From Vicugna vicugna (lineage: Eukaryota): a stretch of 64,000 nt of DNA. The translations under genes were made by a program, and so were the position numbers. The stretch lies in the NCBI GenBank assembly GCA_013265495.1, contig MU058337.1, positions 4,272,880-4,336,879 of the forward strand. The letters are read 5' to 3'. Within the stretch, counting starts at the first letter, position 1, and each line of letters begins with the position of its first letter. The notes beneath the pieces are model-generated. The model saw nothing but the letters and a program-made list of their open reading frames with translations, did not search any database and was not told where the DNA came from. Positions 54,521 to 64,000 of the stretch are shown here, piece after piece.

Positions 54521-57176
54521 TGAGCCTTCAGCATCAGTTATGATCGCTGTTGCATCCTGAGTATGAGCAGTAGGCACATACAGCAGCCTTGTAAACGCTC
54601 GCGATGTGGGCACACAACTCCCTACGATCCAGAGTATTGATTCATCATCTCAGCCTCTCTGAGGTTGGTGGCGTTTGCTGCCTTCGCCGTTGAACACATT
54701 GAGGCTGAGCCGCGCTTCCAGCCGTGCCCTTTCTGAATCCAAAGATTATGACCTAGACTGTCCAGATCAGGTTGCGGTGGGATTATACCCTGGGACTGTT
54801 TCACTGTTACCAAGTAGTCCAGAACGTTTTCACCGATTGTGAAGGACAGACTGTTCATCGTGAAATCTGGAAGGGAGTAGAGTTTTCCTGGGGGAAAAAA
54901 AAATCACAAGTTGCTGAGGAACAGTAGAGTAAGATAGTGGATTGAATACATGTATCTAATTTTTTCCCTTCTGAAACCTCACTAAAATTACAATCGGGGT
55001 TTGTAAAAAGACACAGACCCACAAAGATGGGGAAATTGGAAAGGAAACAATAGCACTAAAATATGGGGCCCCAGAAAGCTTAATTTTAAACCAGCAGCAG
55101 GGAATACTGTGGAACAATGCTATATAAACCACAGAATCTTAAGAATGCAGAAACCAGGAGCACCAGACACTTTGGGAACTGGTGATGAAATTAATGGTGT
55201 TAAGGATGGATGTAGAGGACTCAAAAGACTACTTTTAGGTGAAATCTGTTTGAGAAGTAATTAGGTATCTAGATCTCATTCGCCATTTCACACTTTTGTG
55301 TTACTGCTTCTTTCCCATTAGAAGACTGGAGGCTATTCTCTCGAGAACATAAAACAGGATTTTTGAAGCAGGGGACCCCCAGGCACAGTTAATTACGGGG
55401 CTACATTTAGGTAAACAGGGACAATGGAAGTCTGAAGTCCATCATGCTCCTCTAACTCAAACCCCAGAACTTTTGCAGCCAGTCTAATACCCTACAGGCT
55501 CAAAGAAAGAGAGTTCTACATACACATATACTTAAAGGAAAGATATACACAGTAAGTTGGTCATAGTGGTTGCTTCTGGGAAGGGAAAGGAACTTTGTGG
55601 CTGGGGAAAAGAATGTAAGATTTAACTATACACTTTTTTTCTTTTAAAATTTACCATGTGCATATATTACCTATTCAAAAATGAAATGTATTCCACAAAA
55701 AATAATTGCAAATGAATACACCCTTGATACATCAATTCCTTCCCTTGACAAATCAGTTCCTTCCCCAGGAATTTATCTTAGCGATACGTCTACACACATG
55801 TGAAAGTAATACTAAGTATAGTGCCACTCATTGCAATATTGTTTTAGCAAAAGATTGGAAATCTCTATGTTCATTAATAGATGGTTGGTGAAATAAGTTA
55901 TGTACAACCCTTCCTTGGCATATTTTGCAGCCATAAAAAACAATGAAAGAAGCTCATTGTATAAAGAAAAGAGTAATTACCAAAATATATATTGGATGTG
56001 GGGGCAGATAAGGTTCAGAAAAATACATCACCAGTTTATAAAAAGAGAAAGGTGTGTATATATATGTAAATAAATTATCTGAGAGAGGCAGAATTGGGTA
56101 ATATTGGTTGACTTTGGAGAGGGGATCTGTGTGGTAAGGCTTAAGTGGAATGAGGGAGAGACTTTTCTACTGTTATTGTTGGTATCTGTTATCTATTCAG
56201 TGAGTGAATTAGTAAATGTTAATGGGAAAAGAGATGAATAATGGAGATCTTGATGTTGATAATATGCTGCTGAACAGTAAAAGATCTCTTAGAGTAGAAA
56301 GAAATGCTGCATAACAACCCTGAAGTCTCAGTGGCTCACAACATGTCATCCTCTTGGTTCTTTAGGTCAACATTTCATAATTCTTCAGTGGTTTAGATGT
56401 TGGCTGGACTAGGCTGGATTCCAGACTTTAGTGTTGGGTTCAGATCTGTTCCATGTGTTCCATTCAGGGACCCAGCCTGAAAAAGCAAAAATACCTGGAG
56501 CCTGTCTTTTTCATGGCTGAGGGCGAGAGTTCAAAAGTGCTTCTGGAAATTTGCCAGGCCTCAGCTCAGAAGTGGCACATTGAAACTTAAATTCTTTTGG
56601 TTAAAGCAAGTCACGTAGCCAAGCCCAAAGGCAATAGGGTGGAGATGTACACTGCCTGCTGTGGAATGTTCTGCAAAGTCACGTGACAAAGGGTGTGGAT
56701 GTAAACTTCCATTGTAAGGTGGGAGGAAGAGTTGGGCATGACAAAGGACATGGGTTAATAGAAAGATGCTGTGAAATTTAAGTTGAAGGTAGTTGTTTGA
56801 GAATAAAAATGCTTAGGAAATAAAATATATGTCAAGATACAGCATTCTACTTTGACACTAATTTTCTTAAGGCATCCACGTTAAAGTATCACATTGGCTT
56901 TCCCTTAAATAACATCTGCCAGCCCCACATCTGGCCCTATAACCAATTCTGAATGACCATAGGATAAAATAATTAAGTAATGGACATGTAAAGGCACCAG
57001 TTCTTAGAGGATTAATTCTAAATGTGTTTGCTTTAGCTACTGAATGTGTTCATTCATAGTTCTTTTAAAATATCTATGTCTGCCTACCCACCTTTCACAA
57101 CAGAATCTTCTTTTCAGGGAGATGTCCTTTGCTTCTCAGATGTAATGCACTTTAAGTTTGTTATTCAACAGTGAAA

Positions 57177-57191
57177 ATGAGTCATACGGAG
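57177..57191 (+). CDS. TEX30: TEX30 first coding exon (exon probably starts at 57118)
   Basis: ATG AGT CAT ACG GAG|gtaata = MSHTE. Upstream acceptor tcttcttttcag ends at 57117. Confidence 0.9.
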
Positions 57192-57294
57192 GTAATACAT
57201 ATTTTCATCTGTTCCGCATCTTCAGGGTTCCTTCTTCTTTTTTTTTTTTTGAAGTCATATGGCTGCATAGTAATTTGTTTTCAACTTGTACTGT

Positions 57295-57545
57295 GAGAGA
57301 CAGTATAGCATTAGTGGTTAAGAGTAAGGACTTTGGAGTAGACTGTCTGAGTATAGATCCTAGCTAGTGGATATATAACCTTGGGCACATTATGTAACAT
57401 ACTGTGCTTTTCAGTGTTCTCATTTATAAAGTGGAGATAATAACAGTACTTGCAGGTGTATTAGGAAGGTTAAATTAATTAATACATATAAAGCAGTTAT
57501 AATAGTACCTGACACACAATAAGTACTTCTTAAATATTAGCTACT
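57295..57545 (+). mobile_element. MIR SINE in a TEX30 intron
   Basis: AGTGGTTAAGAG...ACCTTGGGCA...CAGTGTTCTCATTTATAAAGTGGAGATAATAACAGTAC, the MIR core. Confidence 0.75.
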
Positions 57546-57550
57546 GTTAA

Positions 57551-57928
<378 letters not shown>

Positions 57929-58681
57929 TGAAAGAATTCTGTTTTTAAAATTCTTAATATAAGACATATTTTATTAGCAGTCACTTGGTTTAATTTAAAA
58001 ATCTTTTAATGAGTTTTCTTAGAAACTCACCAGTGTATGAAGGCTGTGTAGTGGTCAGATTTCTCTTTTTTGCCATCGGTTAGTTTCTATGGAGATAGGC
58101 TCTCACATCATAAATGTTCCTCCATGATACTGCCAAGGAATCTATTTATGATGTAATTTTCTTACTGAAATTATACAACTTTAGGATATAGTTCTGGATT
58201 ATTTTGCTCCTATACAATGAATGTACAAATAGCATGGCTTTTTTGTATGTTATTTAGAAAGTGTAAAATCTCCGGATAAAACAAGTCTGATATATCTTTT
58301 AATCCAAATTGTTTTAAGCTTGCTAAGTTTTTCAGAGCCTTAAGTTAGATGTCAGTAGTATTATTAACTTTTATATTAGTTGGAAGCTTTTACTGGCTTT
58401 TTCCCCATAATTTTAAAAATATTTTTAAAATATTTTAGTACTTGAATTTTTTTAGGCTGTGTTTTTTTGGTATGTATTTGCCTGTATTACCTAATACATG
58501 ATTTGATAGTGAAGATATGACCAGGAGAGCACAGAATTGGTTACCTCTTTAAAGAATTCCTTAAGATTTCATGGTTGGCTTTGCAAAGATTTTCATTTCA
58601 GTAATGATGACAAATAATGTATTGGTTTTCCAGTGGAACATTTTGTAAGAGAATTGATAATTTTTTGGTCAATTTTTCTAG

Positions 58682-58733
58682 AATTACCTAAAGACCTCAG
58701 GAGAATACAGACTTGCAGGTGTTTTCCTTGGAG
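58682..58733 (+). CDS. TEX30: TEX30 coding exon 3
   Basis: tag|AAT TAC ... GGA G|gtaagt; NYLKTSGEYRLAGVFLG; 52 nt. Confidence 0.94.
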
Positions 58734-59195
58734 GTAAGTTGCAACACTTGTGAAAACTTGTTTCAAAATTAATGACAGGAAATGACTTAAGGATTTTTTG
58801 TTTTGGTAAGTCACTCCCATGTATAACATCAAGGCGCTTTAATATTTAAAGTAAATTTAAATCTCATATATACTGTAACCCAAAGATGTTTCCATTTATT
58901 TATATCCCTGAATCACCTTCTTTCAAATGATTCCTTCACAAGGATTGTCTTCACCTGTTGAAGTATTTTTCAGAAAAGTAATTTTTAAAAATTTGGCTTA
59001 GGATCAGGTTTTACCTCTTCAAATGGCTGTTGGTGTCCATTATGGGTATTGCAGCTTGTTAATTGCCACCTTTTGTAGTTAAGTATTTGTTGATATGCAA
59101 CATGTTATGAAATAGTAAATGAAATCTGATTTGCCACATCATAATCACCACTACTTTATGTGAATGTTTATATTTCAAACTGAATTTAATTTTAA

Positions 59196-59435
<240 letters not shown>

Positions 59436-60080
59436 TGAATGAGAGAAAAAGAATGAAAGAGAGGAACATCTCAGGACCCAGATATTACCTTCAGTGTTTA
59501 GTCTCTTTAAAAAGATGCTGATTTTACTAATGCTAGTTTTGTGCTTTACACTGTTGCTTTGGAGAACCTGAAAATGTAAGCATACTGACAAAATTCATCT
59601 CCTTATGGAGTCGGTAAATGGATTAACTCTTATTTAGAAAACGAAGGATTAATACCTGAATCTTGTGAATTTGGGATTAGTAGACTGTACATTTGGTTTA
59701 TCTTTTCAACATCTAAGCAGATTCTTCAATTTGTTATTAAATTGACTTGAGAAAAATAACTTGTACATATTACTAAACTTTAGTGTATTTCTCAGATCAT
59801 ATAATTTTGGGGGGGGAATATTTTTAGAAGAATTTTTTTGCTCCAATTAATAACTTTTTATTATAAATAATGAATGCTTGATCTATTCTGTGGCATTATT
59901 GTATCTGAGAGATGTGGACTGTCACTTCTGTGGACATTTCCTTGCATATTCCATTGCCTCAAAAATTATCTGTAGCATAGGTATTTAGTGCTTGGATACC
60001 AGTATAGGCGGGTGGGAGAGAGATCTTTATTAAACACCAATAGAGCCTTAGTCTAGTATCCTCTTCTTTTTTTCCTTTAG

Positions 60081-60254
<174 letters not shown>

Positions 60255-60686
60255 TTGTCTTTAGTTAAAAACCATGTTATTTTTAATACATATAGTTAAT
60301 TTGTTCAAGAATAGATATCTCTCAGCATTATGAGATATATTTCAGACTAATGTTCTTTAATGTTCCCGTTTTTAAAACATATTTTAATTGTGAAAGTAAT
60401 GTCCTTTACAAAGTGTCTTTTGAAAGCACTGTTATAGTTGTATAGAGATGATGTACAAATATTGAAGGTGGTCTAAATATAATTTATTTTCATTAATATA
60501 GTTAATGTTTGAAAAATTAAACTTTGAATTTTGTTACAACAGAACTTTTGTCTTACTCCTGTGCACCTGAGAAAGTACTCTTAATTTTTCAGAGCAGTGT
60601 CATCTTTAAAAAAGGAAAACAGCACTTACTATATAGTAAGTTAAGTCAGTTTTATAGAATGTACACATCTACTCACCTAATCTTTT

Positions 60687-60692
60687 AATAAA
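60687..60692 (+). terminator. TEX30: Candidate TEX30 polyadenylation signal
   Basis: AATAAA about 430 nt after the stop. An alternative ATTAAA lies at 60516-60521. Confidence 0.5.
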
Positions 60693-62056
60693 TCTCAACT
60701 AAGGGATAGGATAACATTTTCATATAATGGGAACCCTGAACATTGTTTTTAGAATGAAGTAACTTTCATTCAAGAAATATTTACTGAAGGCCTGTTACAG
60801 CAAAAGCCTCACTAGAAAATAATTGGAGTTTCATAATGTGGGGGAAGTTGATTAATTACCTCCGATTAAGGAGAGAATGAAAAATAAGGACTAAGTGGTG
60901 GGACTAACATCTATGCTGTATCTTGGCAGAGCGAGGGCACTTAATTTTGCCTTGAGAAGTTCAGATGTCACTTGTACGGGACTAGATGGTAATGAGTTAT
61001 ATATTAAACTATGTTTCTGTATTCCCTGTTAAGGACACAAAAATGAGATGAGGCTGATGCTGTATTTCTAAGTTTGTAGGAGCAGAGGATTTCTATACTA
61101 AGAAAGTACAGAAATTCTATACTCCTTTTCCTGGCTCCTCTACTGCCCTAATGTTAGGCCCTTCAGACAGTCAAGGTGGCCTGGGAGGCTGACAGATTTT
61201 TGAGGTCCCTCGTTCCTCCTGCCCTGGTGAAGCCACGGTGTTTTTGTTAATATTTCTAAGTAATGCATAAAGAACAAAAACCTAGGTAGCAAATCTAAAC
61301 CATGTATATTATAGAATGAAATCATGTACAACTACATAATCAAAACTTCCATATCACGCAGTGTATACTACTTTTTGACTACATTTCTTGAACAAGGCCT
61401 AAATTTTAAAAAATAGTATATAATTAATCAATACTTACCATTTGAAATTTTAAAACAAGACTGATCAAAATATTAAAAACAAAAATCCAGAACTGACAAA
61501 TAGAGTCCTGATCTATTAAGTGTAAATCAGTTGAGAAATATTAATATTGTAAACCAGAAGTGAAACCAATGGGAAAAAGGAAAATACAGGGGAAGACTTA
61601 CTATAAAGCAGACTATAATGTACAAGTACAGTGAAGAAATAGATCTGAAAGCTTAGTAACCAGGCTATATAGCTATAATATTCAAGTTTGCAAATTAAGC
61701 TGTTTGTAATGTGGATGACCAAAGATACTACTACAAGTATAGGGATAAATGGAAGGTCATTTAAAGTTGATTTTTTTCCCCTCAGTTATCAAGAAACTGT
61801 TCCTGATTGATGAAATAGCTTATTTGAGAACTGTATACTTAGCCATGAGTGGGGAACATTTAATTCCGAAAATAAGGTATGAGTGCTATGTCTAAGGTCA
61901 AAATAGACACTTGTGAAAAGGGCCCATCTCTTCTGCACAGAATTGACACGTCTTGCAAGGGGAAATGTGCAATGCCAAGTCTGAGGTACGGCCAAAGATC
62001 CATCCAGGTGCTGGCCTCTGGAGGCCCCGATTAATGGCTCAACCATTCACTTAGAC

Positions 62057-62232
62057 CAGTGGCTCTCAGTAGGGGTGATTTTGACTTCCAGGGGATATTT
62101 GGCAACATCTGGAAACTTTTGGCTTGGGGTGGGGGTGCTACTGGCGTCTCGGAGGTGGGAGAGAGGGGCTGCTACCATCCTGCTATGGTCTGGTCTACAA
62201 TGTCAGTAGTGCTCAGGTGGAGAAACCTTGTC
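62057..62232. mobile_element. MER20-like DNA transposon
   Basis: CAGTGGCTCTCA...GGGGTGATTTTG...TTTGGCAACATCTGGA...AATGTCAGTAGTGC...GAGAAACC. Confidence 0.75.
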
Positions 62233-64000
62233 CTGGACAAACCAGCTCTGGGATTATCTTTAAATCCTTTCTCCTCCAGCATTAGCTTTTCTGTACCCCT
62301 TCTGAATCCATTTGCTTTCTTTTGCCAGATCCTGGGTTCTCGGTCTCAAAAGTACTACTGATTGTGCCCCTTTTTGTTCACATGACCACCACTCTAAGCC
62401 AGACTGTCGTCAGTGCTTATCTGTATGGCTGCAGTAGCCTAATTCATTTTACTATTTCATTGTCTCCTTGCTCAATACATTGACACAAAACTATCGGTGG
62501 GTCTCCAAAGGCGACTCTTAAGGCTAAAGACTTCAGTTCAAGGCTCTCCATATTAGGCTGTATCAACATTTACCATTTCCCCCATGTTCAGCCTCTTCAC
62601 AGTACTCTAGCTAACCTGGACTACACAAAGTTCTCTTCCTGAATTTTTTTTTTTATTAGTTTTTGTCTGCTACCAAGTATTACTCATCCTTTAAGGTCCT
62701 CAAATTCTCTTTCCCACTTCACAGCTTTTCTTGGATTACCCCAGCCACGTGTCTCTCCTTCAAAGCCACATAACACCTTCCTTCTACCTTTGTTGCTAAC
62801 ACACTGCCTTCTCTGTAGATTGACATATTTGCTTCGTACCACTTCTATTACATGCTCCTTCAAGTCAGGGAATGGTTTTTTATTCATCTTTGTATCCATA
62901 AAATGCTTGTGTTACTTGCTTAGCATCTTACGTGTTCATTATTCAATAAACACTTGAATTAAGATACTTACAGAAGGAGAATTTCTAACCATTACCAGCA
63001 ACCCCTGGCTTTATATTGCTATTTTATACACCTATTATTGGGACTTTCTCCTTAGACATAAAGCACAAAAACCTAGTTCCCAATGTCCAAATAGTTCAAA
63101 GAATGTGACATTGGTAGATATGACAGAATTTTTTAAAACTTTAATAGAATTTTTTCTAAGTGTTTTCTTTTAATGTCTATATTACACTAAATATGTTAGT
63201 AGTGGGATTTCTCTGCTGCTCACTTTTTATTGTCTTTTTGACTTAAAAATAAATCTAGCATTTACTTTTTATGCTGCTCACTTGAGATTGATACAAGAAG
63301 AGATTTCTAGGGCAAGGGACAGAAGTGCCTATGCTGAAAAATAGGTAATTGTACTTTTATTACTAGGCAAGTACTTAAGCAGCAAACATGACAAAGCCCT
63401 GGAGGCGGGTACTCTATCTCTGTGCAAACTTAAGCATCAGCAGTAGTCACAGAAGGTACTTTTCAGTTCTTATAAGAGCCATTCATAGTCTATGAATTAG
63501 GGATTCAGAGAGTTCCTTAGTTAACGTTAAAACACTGAATCCTCTTTAAGGTAGTTAATATTAAATGAATTAGAGAATGTCTGCCATCAGGCAAGGGAAA
63601 TTGAGTATTCTGCCAGCTGCATTAAATATTATAGAAAAACCCAGCAGAATAAAATCACCCTGATTTTGTATGTGGATGTGGAGTCAGAGAGGAGGGTGTA
63701 CTTTTCCCTAGAAAAATCCAGAGGAATTGCTGAAGTTACTCCTAGAACTAAAAGGAATGCCTACCATGCATTCTGGAGAGGTACACTTTGCAAAGACAAA
63801 CACTATGATCATAGTTAAACTTCAGTTAAGATCACAAATACCTGTAGGCTATGGTCTAGTAGACTGGAAGACTATAAACTCTTAGGATGTGTCATTGATC
63901 TCATTATCTCCAATACTGGAGATAGTACAAGCTCAATAAATCTTTCTTGCACCCAGTTACACTTATGTGACAGAAGAGCCAGAACAGTGTACTCTGGTGT

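Noticed and set aside
53205..54534. 356-aa and 179-aa minus-strand ORFs
   Set aside because: GC-island artefacts over the TEX30 promoter; the shorter one runs into the LTR.

Overview
Mammalian genomic DNA, probably from a camelid judging by its tRNA-Ala-derived SINEs (inference). It covers the ERCC5-BIVM-POGLUT2(KDELC1)-TEX30 locus. On the minus strand are the 5' end of ERCC5/XPG (exon 1 and part of exon 2) and the complete BIVM CDS (9 coding exons, 1512 nt, 503 aa). On the plus strand are the complete POGLUT2/KDELC1 CDS (10 exons, 1509 nt, 502 aa, ending KDEL) and the complete TEX30 CDS (5 coding exons, 678 nt, 225 aa). I assembled all exon chains by hand; splice sites are GT-AG and phases are consistent. 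There are three CpG-island promoters, one of them bidirectional (BIVM/POGLUT2), plus many L1, L2, MIR, LTR, DNA-transposon and SINE copies. Top observation: ERCC5 intron 1 looks like a minor-spliceosome (U12) intron that splits the codon for catalytic Asp30. A second, U12-like donor (GTATCCATG) lies in phase inside the last BIVM coding exon. Splicing it to ERCC5 exon 2 would fuse BIVM(1-483), which carries a papain-like Cys/His/Glu motif set, to an XPG lacking its N-terminus and carrying D30N. Repeat family names come from pattern recall rather than a database search.
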